Assembly: GCA_963842525.1 (NCBI GenBank)
Contig: CAWJGT010000019.1
Coordinates: 470,191 to 534,190 of the forward strand
Source: an uncultured Holophagales bacterium
Lineage (GTDB): Bacteria; Acidobacteriota; Thermoanaerobaculia; Multivoradales; UBA5704
DNA: 64,000 nt
Direction: 5' to 3'
Of the stretch, positions 50,992 through 59,581 are shown in pieces. How positions within the stretch are numbered: the stretch's first letter is position 1; each line of letters starts with the position of its first letter. The position numbers were made by a program, and so were the translations under genes. The notes beneath the pieces were generated by a model, which did not search any database, was not told the DNA's origin, and worked only from the letters and a program-made list of their open reading frames with translations.

Positions 50992-52320
50992 ATGGATGAG
51001 AGCCAAAGAGAGCAGATTGCGTTGTTTCGCCACAGCGTCATTGCCGAGCTGATCAGCCGGCCGTTGGCGCCACGCGAAAAAGAGAAGCTGTTGTGTGCGA
51101 TCGCGGAAAAGACGTGGACGATCCCGGGCAGCGCGCGCAGCCACGTCGGCCGTTCGACGGTGCGAGATTGGCTCGAGCTGTACCAGATCCATGGGTTTGA
51201 GGGGCTCAAGCCGGGCCCGCGTACCGATGCCGGGCGCTCGCGGGCGATCCCGGAGGAGGTGCAGGATCTGCTGCTGGCGCTGCGGGCCGAGCGGCCCGGT
51301 GCTTCGCTCGACAGCCTGATCCGCGCCGTGCATCTGTGCGGCCGCTTTGCGCCCAATCTGCGGCTGTCGCGCAGCAGCGTGCACCGCTTCTTCGCCGCCC
51401 AGGCGGTGCCGGCCCGCCAAGGGTCCAGCGCCGAGCCGGACGCTTTGGCTTTCACCTTTCCGCATGTCAACGACCTGTGGACCTCCGACCTGATGCACGG
51501 GCCCCGCCTGCTGGTGCCGGGGCGCAAGGACGGCGGCAAGACCTACCTCTACGCCTTCCTCGATGACGCCTCGCGCATGGTGCCGTTTGCCGCCTTCTAC
51601 CTGGCCGAAAACGCCGCCTGCTTCCAGGACGCTCTGAAGCAGGCTCTGCTGCGCCGCGGCCTGCCGCGACGGCTCTACTGCGACAACGGCGCCACCTTCC
51701 GCACCCACCACCTGCAGGTCATCTGCGCCACGCTGAACATCTCCCTGGTCCACTCCCGGCCCCACAAGCCGCGCGGTCGCGGCAAGATCGAGCGCTTCTT
51801 CCGCCACGTCCGCACCGCCTTTGTCCCCCACCTCACCAGCGAGGTCCTCGCCGATCTGGCCCAGCTCAACCGCGTCTTCTGGGCCTGGCTGGAGGGCGAG
51901 TATCACCAGACTGCCCACGGCGGCCTGGACGGGCAAACGCCTCTGGACCGCTTTCTGAAGGACCAGGCCCTGATCCGCCCGGCCCCCGAGCACCTGGAGG
52001 CCTGGCTGCGCATGAAGGTCACCCGCCGGGTCGGCCGCGACCGCACCGTCCACCTCGACGGCCGTCTCTATGAGGCTCCCGATGGCTATGCCGGTGAGAC
52101 CGTCGACGTCCTCTACGATCCCTATGACCCCGCCCGGCCCGTCCACTTTTGCCGCAAAGGCCAGAGCGCCGAGCTGCCTCTGCGCCGGCTCGACCTCGCC
52201 ACCAACGCCACCCTGCGCCGACTCGAAAGAAACAGCGAGCCGGCCAGAGAAGCGCCCACCACCGGCATCAGCTACCTCGAGCTCATCGCCAAGAAGTTCT
52301 ATCAGGGGGAGCCCCAGTGA
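50992..52320 (+). CDS. DDE (rve) transposase with Mu-like C-terminal domain
   Basis: LWTSDLMHG, FLDDASR, LYCDNGATF, GRGKIERFF. Confidence 0.92.
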   Translation: MDESQREQIALFRHSVIAELISRPLAPREKEKLLCAIAEKTWTIPGSARSHVGRSTVRDWLELYQIHGFEGLKPGPRTDAGRSRAIPEEVQDLLLALRAERPGASLDSLIRAVHLCGRFAPNLRLSRSSVHRFFAAQAVPARQGSSAEPDALAFTFPHVNDLWTSDLMHGPRLLVPGRKDGGKTYLYAFLDDASRMVPFAAFYLAENAACFQDALKQALLRRGLPRRLYCDNGATFRTHHLQVICATLNISLVHSRPHKPRGRGKIERFFRHVRTAFVPHLTSEVLADLAQLNRVFWAWLEGEYHQTAHGGLDGQTPLDRFLKDQALIRPAPEHLEAWLRMKVTRRVGRDRTVHLDGRLYEAPDGYAGETVDVLYDPYDPARPVHFCRKGQSAELPLRRLDLATNATLRRLERNSEPAREAPTTGISYLELIAKKFYQGEPQ

Positions 52321-53123
52321 ACCTCTATACCACCGCCTTCGGCTTCACCCGGCCGCCCTTCCACGGCCCCCTCACCGCCGACTCTCTGTTTCGGCCTCAG
52401 GGGCTCGAAGAGCTCCACAGCCGTCTGCGCTACCTGGTCGACTCCAGGGCCATCGGCCTGCTCACCGGCGAGCCGGGCAGCGGCAAAACCACCGCCCTGA
52501 GGCGACTGCGCGACGATCTCCACCCCGACCAGGTGCGCGCTGTGTACCTGCACGACACCCTGGTCAACCCCGCCGACTTCTGCCGCCAACTCGCCCTTGC
52601 ACTCGGCCTCCAGCCCGAATGGTCTCGCGCCATGACCTTCCGCCTCGTCCAGCAAGAGATCCAACGCCTCGTCAAAGACCGCCACATAACCGTCCTGCTC
52701 ATCGTCGACGAAGCCCACAACCTCAGGCCCGACGTCCTCGCCCTCTTCCCCCTGCTCGCCAACTTTGAATGGGACGCAGAAGGACGGCTTGCCTTTCTCC
52801 TGGCCGGTCAATCCGGATTGCGACAGATCCTGCGCCTGTCGCATCTGGAGGCCCTCGCTCAGCGCATCACCATCCGCTTCACCCTGCGCGGCTTCGACCG
52901 AGACACCACCTGCTGCTACCTCGAACATCGCCTCAAGATCGCCGGCCTGGATCGACCCCTCTTCACCGCCCCCGCCCAGGAAGCCCTCTTTGAAGCCTCC
53001 CAGGGCATCATGCGCAGAATCGACACCCTGGCCCACCACGCCCTGGCCGCCGCAGCCACTTCCAGAGCCAAGCTCGTCGAGCCCGAGCACGTCCTGCAAG
53101 CCGCCGAGGAGATGCGCTCATGA
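52317..53123 (+). CDS. ExeA-family AAA+ ATPase (transposition helper)
   Basis: Walker A GEPGSGKT and Walker B LLIVDEAH. GTGA overlap with the transposase stop. Confidence 0.92.
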   Translation: MNLYTTAFGFTRPPFHGPLTADSLFRPQGLEELHSRLRYLVDSRAIGLLTGEPGSGKTTALRRLRDDLHPDQVRAVYLHDTLVNPADFCRQLALALGLQPEWSRAMTFRLVQQEIQRLVKDRHITVLLIVDEAHNLRPDVLALFPLLANFEWDAEGRLAFLLAGQSGLRQILRLSHLEALAQRITIRFTLRGFDRDTTCCYLEHRLKIAGLDRPLFTAPAQEALFEASQGIMRRIDTLAHHALAAAATSRAKLVEPEHVLQAAEEMRS

Positions 53124-53362
53124 ACACACCCGAACCCATCCTCGACTACCTGCAAAACCAGGTCCCCGAGTACCCGTTCGATCGCAAGCTCGACGAAGAG
53201 TTTGTCGACGAGCTGATCGCAGACTTCCAGGATCTCAACATTCTCGAGGAGACCAAGACCTTCAGGTGGTATCACAACAACCGGCCGGCCGCCCGTTTCA
53301 AGAACGTCCGTGTCGGCCTGCGGCGCTGGATTGCCAACTCCTGGGCGCGAAGACCAGAATGA
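53120..53362 (+). CDS. Small hypothetical protein inside the transposon
   Basis: 80-aa ORF with ATGA coupling to the ATPase, lying inside the right IR. Confidence 0.7.
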   Translation: MNTPEPILDYLQNQVPEYPFDRKLDEEFVDELIADFQDLNILEETKTFRWYHNNRPAARFKNVRVGLRRWIANSWARRPE

Positions 53363-54050
53363 ATCAAAGCAACTGCTGAAAACTCGGCCCCTTCGGTCAA
53401 AAACAGTCCCGGATTCCACCGCCACCCGGCCCAATCCGGGACTGCTCTCTTCCCCCTTCTGTCCGCCACGAAATATTTCGAAAAGGTGGCCACGGAATTA
53501 CGCGGGACTCGACAGATGGTTTGCGCTCCACGCCATAGTGACAATAAGGTACAGAGCGATCTATGGACTTTTGCCTAACCCTCTTGAGACTAAAAATGCG
53601 TGTGAGGCTATGTTGACGGAGTTGGATAAGCTAATACCCTTCTTGGAGGAGGCTCTTCAGCTGGCGCATGAAGTCGTTCTCCTAGAAAGGACACCTGCTC
53701 TGCGAGACACCTTGTACGATTCGAGCGAGCTACTCGGAGAACTGTATTCGCTATTGTATGCTCAGCTAACAATAATTCGAAGCAACCTGGGCCTAGTTGA
53801 GCAAATTAACGGTTTAAGCAGTCAGTTTCGGAAAGATTTTGCCGGGGACGAGGGGAATGCGTTGGGGGAGCAAATTTCCTCCCTTAAGGAAAGAATATAC
53901 ACGGCGCACACGGGATTCCTGACAGATGTAGCTGCAGCAAACAAGGGAATCGCAGAGACCCTTGCAAGGTTATCGCAGAACATAAAAAGACTCATGGGCG
54001 TCTTGCCCCACAGATTTAAGCGATGGCCAAAAGAGGCTGAATTTTGAGCG

Positions 54051-54076
54051 GCATAACCCTGCGGCTCGAGTCGGAC
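54051..54076 (+). other. Left half of the attC of cassette 2 (truncated)
   Basis: gcataac directly after the stop complements gttatgc at 49981. No L'/R' half found downstream. Confidence 0.7.
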
Positions 54077-54079
54077 TGC

Positions 54080-54707
54080 CCAATAGGTGCCACGCGATTC
54101 TGAAGCCTTGAGGCGGATTCGGGTCTGTCGGGCCGATCGAGGGAACCTCTTCTGCGCTTCCAATCGCTACGGACTGACCTTCAGGACTTTGAAACGACAG
54201 GCAGTCGCTGATTTCCCAATAGGTGCCACCGCCCGATTCTGAAGCGTACCAGTCCCCCCGCGGCGCGATGCTCTCCGCACAGTCGACTACGATCACGCCG
54301 CCCTGGGCCGTGCCGAGCACGGCTTTGCCGCCGGGCAGAAAGCTTGCGGTATGCACGCCGCCGTGCTCGGGCAGCGCAGGGCGCCAGGCGCGTCGAGATT
54401 CTACGTCCCGCAGCTCGAAATGGCCGTTCTCGCCTGTGCTCAAGACGTAGCTCTCATCTGGCGACATATCGTGGAAGCGCGGTGGTGTTCCGAAACGATC
54501 CGCATGCGGGTCATCATGGATGCTGAGCAGCGTCTCGCCCGATGCGATCTCGATGACGCGTTTGCTCGTCAGCAGACGGCTGCGGCCGGCGTGAACCGCG
54601 GACTCCAGAGCCTTCATGGCAAGCGGCAGGATGATCTTTTGCAACGCTTCGCACTCGCGCGCCGCGCGTGTGCCGACCCACGGCGGCGCACCCAGAGCCA
54701 CGAGCAC
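54080..54707 (-). pseudogene. WD40/beta-propeller-like gene fragment
   Basis: MSPDESYVLSTGENGHFELRDV and VHTASFLPGGKAVLGTAQGGVIVVD resemble WD40 blades. Start and end unclear. Confidence 0.4.
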
Positions 54708-54969
54708 CGAAACGCCACGCGAGCCGCGCGGAAGGCATCAAGCGACAGCGACCCGCCGACGATTCGTAGCGCACCCCTTGCACGCCAGGTACTGGCCATT
54801 CGGCGAGGCGGAGAGATTCGTAATCCGCCGTCCGAGCGGACCGAAGACAACGAAGTGGAAACTGGGCATGACGACCTCCCGCCCGCAGGTGTCTCGGCAA
54901 GCCCTCGAGGCCGGGCCCGCCTCAGCGCTCTGTGTAGAATGGTGCTCTCGGCCGCGGCGGGCGAGAAGC

Positions 54970-55455
54970 TTACTCGCCCACTTTCGTCAACGCTTCGTCC
55001 ATCAATGCCGGTTTCAGGCGCAGCCCGGCCTCGCGAAGCGTCTCGATGACAGGTCGTGCTGCGCTGATGACGCCGCGATGGCGGCAGAGAATGACAACGC
55101 CCAAAGTGCCTATCATGGAAAGGCCCAGACTGCGTGCGCAGCGACGTGCCGCCAGATCGTCCAAGACGACCTCCGATCCTGGCCGTTCAAGTCCATGGGC
55201 CAAGACTTGGGACTCCCCGGCCCCCAAGTTCCAGAAGCGGATCCGATCGGGAACCGGTCGATTGTCAACTTGAAGTATCGAGGGGAGATCCTTGATCTGG
55301 TCGGCCGTCCCGTCGCGATCGGACCCTGCTTGGATCTCCCGGATCACGGCCTCTGGTACGACAAGGAGCTTTGCGAGGGAAGCCAGGAGATCGAGACGCT
55401 CGATGCGGGCGAGGAGAATCAACGGCGAAGCATTGACGACCAGGGCCTTATCCAC
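54970..55455 (-). CDS. DUF3368-family PIN-domain protein (putative toxin)
   Basis: VVNASPLILL, LGAGESQVL, VVLDDLAARRCARSLG..IGTLGV. Overlaps the antitoxin stop. Confidence 0.88.
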   Translation of the reverse strand: MDKALVVNASPLILLARIERLDLLASLAKLLVVPEAVIREIQAGSDRDGTADQIKDLPSILQVDNRPVPDRIRFWNLGAGESQVLAHGLERPGSEVVLDDLAARRCARSLGLSMIGTLGVVILCRHRGVISAARPVIETLREAGLRLKPALMDEALTKVGE

Positions 55456-55699
55456 GCGCCAGGACCTCGTCGAGATCCTCCAGCGTCTCCTGGCAAGCCG
55501 AGACGCCGCTCGCCGACAGGGCATCAATGAGCTCGGCCCGACTCACGCCCGCGAGCTCCGCAGCACGACCCTGGGAGACACGACCCTGGGCATACCAGAT
55601 GACCGCTGCCGCCAAGCGCATCTCCTGGACAACCTCCTCCGGAGATCTCCGCAAGGTCGCAAAAACGTCGGAGTCGAATTCCACTTGGACGCGCGTCAT
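55448..55699 (-). CDS. UPF0175-family protein (putative antitoxin)
   Basis: EMRLAAAVIWYAQGRVSQGRAAELAGVSRAELIDAL HTH signature. Confidence 0.88.
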   Translation of the reverse strand: MTRVQVEFDSDVFATLRRSPEEVVQEMRLAAAVIWYAQGRVSQGRAAELAGVSRAELIDALSASGVSACQETLEDLDEVLARG

Positions 55700-55790
55700 C
55701 GTTGGCCTCCCCTTTGGTGCATCGGCCTCGATGCATTATAAGCGGCTTGAGGCGAAACGGGCACGACCTGAGGGGCACCTTCCCGAAACA

Positions 55791-55830
55791 ACCACGGCCA
55801 CCCATAGTAAAGATTAAAGGCGGCCGTGGT
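55791..55830 (-). terminator. Putative intrinsic terminator
   Basis: accacggcc..ggccgtggt inverted repeat directly after the stop of 55837..56334, with T-rich flanks. Confidence 0.5.
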
Positions 55831-55836
55831 CTTTTC

Positions 55837-56334
55837 TCACGCCCCCGCGGCCTTCACCTCCCTCCCCAGGATGTCCCCGACCTCTTCCTGGGTTGCGGAG
55901 CCGGCGACATCGAGGAGGGTGGCGAGGTGCTCGGCGGATTGGGCGGCGCAGGCCAGGACGTGGCAGGCGAAGATCCATTCGGGATCGTAGGAGCGCACGT
56001 GCCCGATCACGGCCCCATCCCGCTCCACCGCATAGCCGCCGCCCGGCCGCGAAGCGTCCACTTCCTGCAGCCGGTAGTAGCGCGCGCGCCGCAGGGCCGC
56101 CCGGGCTGTCAGCGCCAGCCGGGCGTCTTCGTGGCTCTTGAAGACCGCCTCCGGCCCGTCGCCCGCCTCGGGGCTCTGCCAGGGGCGGAAGAGCCCGAAG
56201 CCGTCTCCGATCTCCCGGATCACGAACGGCCCCGTGTCCTCGCCGGCCCAGGGCGCGTCCGGCTCGTTCCTCTCGCGAAGGAAGGCCAGGTACTCCGGCG
56301 AAAAGGCGCTGCTCGGCATCGATGCTCGATCCAT
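55837..56334 (-). CDS. Hypothetical protein
   Basis: GGAGGAGG RBS before ATG 56334, host-like codon usage, followed by a hairpin. Confidence 0.75.
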   Translation of the reverse strand: MDRASMPSSAFSPEYLAFLRERNEPDAPWAGEDTGPFVIREIGDGFGLFRPWQSPEAGDGPEAVFKSHEDARLALTARAALRRARYYRLQEVDASRPGGGYAVERDGAVIGHVRSYDPEWIFACHVLACAAQSAEHLATLLDVAGSATQEEVGDILGREVKAAGA

Positions 56335-56519
56335 GGAATTCCTCCTCCCGCCGGACCGCCTGAGGTCTTTCCCCGGTCGTCCCGGCACGGTTTAAAGTTT
56401 CCCTCGCCCGCAACAGCGCGGCTTCCTTGCTGTTTCTACATCAGAGGATTGGACGCCGTCAAGATGCATCTTTGGGGACAAACTTGCTGTCTTTGAGAGA
56501 CTGAGGTAGACTACCCCCT

Positions 56520-56981
56520 ATGAACAAAGACATGGACGAGGTACGGCGCACTCTCGATGTACTAAGGACGCTCAGTCGGATGATGGGGATCTCCAACCGC
56601 GAGGTTGAACGGCGTCTGGGTCTCCATCCGAGCTTCCTGACCCGGTTGTACAGCGGGCAGGTGGAGGCCAAGCTGGAGGTGGTGCTGGGGATCGCGCGGG
56701 CGATCGGTCTCGAGTATCCCGAGCTCTTCGAGCTCCTCTATCCCGAGCGGCCTGTTCCGGAGCGATGGAGCCCCGCGGCCCAGAGGATCCACGCCATGCT
56801 GGAGGGCCTGCATCCGCCGAGGGTCCAGGCCGGCGCGGTCCCGGGGCCGCAGCCCCGCGAGGAGAGGGCGGCGGCGGCGACGGCCGCCGCCGATACCGAG
56901 GCGGTGAAGAGCGCGGTGCGCGAGGTGATGGCGGAGATCCTGGACAAGCGGGACAAGCCGAAGGCCAAGAGCGGCGGTTGA
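56520..56981 (+). CDS. XRE-family helix-turn-helix regulator
   Basis: ISNREVERRLGLHPSFLTRLYSGQVEAKLEVVLGIARAIG. Divergent from the upstream gene across an AT-richer spacer. Confidence 0.85.
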   Translation: MNKDMDEVRRTLDVLRTLSRMMGISNREVERRLGLHPSFLTRLYSGQVEAKLEVVLGIARAIGLEYPELFELLYPERPVPERWSPAAQRIHAMLEGLHPPRVQAGAVPGPQPREERAAAATAAADTEAVKSAVREVMAEILDKRDKPKAKSGG

Positions 56982-56987
56982 GCCGGC

Positions 56988-58296
56988 CTACCTGAACCCG
57001 TGCTCGGCCGCCTTCTTGCGGATGTACAAGACCGCGTTTTCCATGATCTCCACGGTCACCAGCCGCAGCCGGAAGGCTTCTTCGAGGGCGGCCACACAGT
57101 TCAGGATCTCGCGCCGGATGTTCAGGGACACGAAGACCGCCGCGGCCCCGAGGACCTCCTGCTCCGCCTCGTCGATCCGGTGCTGGCGCAGGAGGGCCAG
57201 GCCGAGCTCAAGGGCGGCGAGGGCGGAGGCGAAGCCCAGCCCCAAGGCGTCGAGATCGTTCTTGACCTCACGAAGGATTACCTCAGCGGCAACGAACTTC
57301 CCCAGGCCATAGTAGATCTGGCCCTCGATGCCCTGGATCTTCACCTGGTTGACCCGGCCCGCACGGAGGAAGCGGGGCCGGCTCTTGAAGAGGAGCTTCC
57401 TGGCCTCCCGGAAACGGCCCAGCTCGGTCAGGAACATGAGCTGATTCTGGAGGGCTGTGGTCATCAGTGCGGACTGACGTTCCGGATCGATGCGGTCAAG
57501 TGCCTGCTGGTTCAGGCTCAGGGCTTCCTCGGCCTTGCCCGAGTAGAATGTATAGAGAGCCGTGGTGACCAGAGTGCGGACGGCGAGATGCTCTTCGCCC
57601 TCTTGCTGGTAGAGGGCCGCGACGGTCCTCAGCGTGTCGTGGGCCAGCGGGACCTCTCGAATGGTTCCATAGAACGAGGCCTGGAGATCGAGAAGGCGAG
57701 CCTTCAGCAGCCGGTTCCCGGTGCCTTGCCTGGCGAGCGCGAACGCCTGGCCGAAGGCTCCTTCCGCCGACTGGAGCTCGTCCGCGGCGCGGTAGGCGTT
57801 GCCGAGCTTCTCCCCAGGCCCGCGCCTGGTAGTCCGCAACCTCCCGGACCCCAAGGACCAGCGGGTCGAGGCTCTTCGCGATTTCGACGGCGCTCCTGGC
57901 CAGGTGGTACATCTCCTGCGGGTTGTCGAAGCGGACGGACCAGCTCCGGGCGAGGAGCGCCTCGTAGACGCCGAGGCCCTCCACGTCGATATCGGCCTCC
58001 AGCGTGAGGACGAGGATGCCGCGGCCCGAGGCGAGGAGGGGGAGGGCTCTGGAGAACTGTTCCCGGTCTTCGGGCAGGAGGGCATCGGCCCGCAGGGCGA
58101 GCTCGGAAGCGCGATCTAGGGCGGAGTCGTACGCGGCGTCCTGCTCGGGCGTGGGCGGCTCGAACGAAACCGGCCGGAGACAACCCCGCCAGACGGCGTC
58201 GCAGCATGTCTCGCAGCCCTGGAGGAAGTGGGTGAGGAGCACCCGCCCCCTCTCGGACGCAAGAGGACTGCTGAGCTCCTCAAGAGTGATGCACAC
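56988..58296 (-). CDS. TPR-repeat protein with an N-terminal HxxxCxxC-like zinc-finger; apparent frameshift at ~57808
   Basis: AAGGAG RBS plus GTG 58296, HFLQGCETC. ARAWGE / LGNAYRAADE are joined by removing one A. Helical TPR-like repeats. Confidence 0.8.
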
Positions 58297-58376
58297 TCGC
58301 GTGTCTCCTTTTAGGCGCCGCCATTCTCGCACAAGCGAGGCCCGGGGCGGCGTGCCGCCCCAGGCCCGGGTAAGGC

Positions 58377-58667
58377 CTAGCCGTTTGGATCGGCCCCGAA
58401 TCCCTGGTCGCCCGGATCTCCTGCCGTCGAGCTGTCCGGGCACGCAGAGCCGTCCGGGTTGGTGCACGGCCCCTGGTTCCACGGTGTCAGGCTGCCGCTC
58501 CACGACCAGAGCTGGGACACGCCGCTCCGCCAGGCTTGGGTGAGCCACTGCAGGACATCCGAGGGGTCCTGGAAGCCCCGGCCTTCCGCCCGAACGGGCC
58601 CGGCGAAAGTGAGGGCTGCGGCCAGGATTCCAGCGCCGACGAGACGACCGACGATTCGCTGAGACAT
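58377..58667 (-). CDS. Small secreted peptide precursor ending in QGFGADPNG
   Basis: GGAGGGAGG RBS, Sec-like signal (..AAALTFAGPVRA), and two related motifs QGPCTNPDG and QGFGADPNG. Confidence 0.75.
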   Translation of the reverse strand: MSQRIVGRLVGAGILAAALTFAGPVRAEGRGFQDPSDVLQWLTQAWRSGVSQLWSWSGSLTPWNQGPCTNPDGSACPDSSTAGDPGDQGFGADPNG

Positions 58668-58970
58668 CAGATCCTCCCTCCCACGAAGCGCAGCCGAGCC
58701 TCCGTGGCCCGGCGGTCCGTAGGCAACAGAGACTCAGTGTCGCAGGGCTTCAACCTCGTGTCCGGGGGATTGTCCCACGCCTGCGCTCCCTCGGGCCAGC
58801 CGACGTTCAGGCTCTGGTCCAGAGTAGACGCAAGGACTTTCTTGGATCATCCGCAGATTCTTCGATGCGATTCGAGCATCAAATGTGTTGACAAAGAGGA
58901 AGGGCTCGCCTAGTCTCTGCCTTGCCGGTGCCAATGAAGGTGCCGGGTGCTTGCGCCAAGGAGGTTCGAG

Positions 58971-59342
58971 ATGAAAGCAGAACAGGTGTGTCAGAAGCCG
59001 TCCCCCAATCCTCTCGGTTTGAAGGCCGAGAGGGTGCAGGAGGCGCTCGCCGCGATTGGGGAGACCCATGGCCGGCTGAAGGCCGAGCGGGTGCAGGAGC
59101 TGCTGGAGGCCGGCTGGAGCCTGACGCAGGGCGGTCAGGTGATACGGCGGCTCCGCGAGTTCCCGGAGGCGCGAGTGGCTTCGGCCTACTCGGGCTATGT
59201 CTCGGAGCTCGCGTCCGCGCTGCGGCTGCCGGTCCATGTGCAGCTTTCCGGCAAGCAGCTCGCGGTCGTGCTCCGGGTGTTTTCGCGGCGCGATCCGCGG
59301 CTGGTGGATGGCCTGATCGCCTTTGCCGGCGGGCTGGGCTGA
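58971..59342 (+). CDS. Pterin-4a-carbinolamine dehydratase-like small protein
   Basis: GWSLTQGGQVIRRLREFP..AYSGYVSELA pattern resembles the PCD fold. LKAERVQE repeated. AAGGAGG RBS. Confidence 0.55.
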   Translation: MKAEQVCQKPSPNPLGLKAERVQEALAAIGETHGRLKAERVQELLEAGWSLTQGGQVIRRLREFPEARVASAYSGYVSELASALRLPVHVQLSGKQLAVVLRVFSRRDPRLVDGLIAFAGGLG

Positions 59343-59581
59343 GGGAGGAGGACACCGGAGTCGCCTGCAACGACCCCGGCGTCCGCTTCACGGACGTGAG
59401 ACAGCCTGTAGTCTAACCTACCCCCCCTGGGGGGTGCAAACGCGCCTCCCAGGGGGCCTTTCCCGGGGAATTGGGAACGAGGCCTTCCCGTTAGTCCCCC
59501 CGGTTGCCGGGCGGCTGTCGAGACACCCTCCAGGCCGGATGTGGCACTTACTCTTGTGGCGGGTTTTTTGAGGAGGACACG

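Larger units (their letters stand above)
50140..53514 (+). mobile_element. TG..CA DDE transposon with Zn-finger ORF, rve transposase, ExeA-like ATPase and a small ORF
   Basis: Imperfect 30-bp IRs TGTAGACGCCCGCCTTATTTCGTGACCGCC vs TGTCGAGTCCCGCGTAATTCCGTGGCCACC, with a 5-bp target duplication GATGG. Confidence 0.9.
49984..54047 (+). pseudogene. Second cassette gene (N-terminal TM helix plus helical domain) disrupted by a transposon
   Basis: AKEVITQVLSTLVAVLVGALLSWAGSFITHRV..AAYSRW (49993-50139) joins in frame to FALHAIVTIRY.. (53520-54047) when the element and one GATGG are removed. Low GC. Start region reads ATG-CGG-TAG. Confidence 0.75.
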
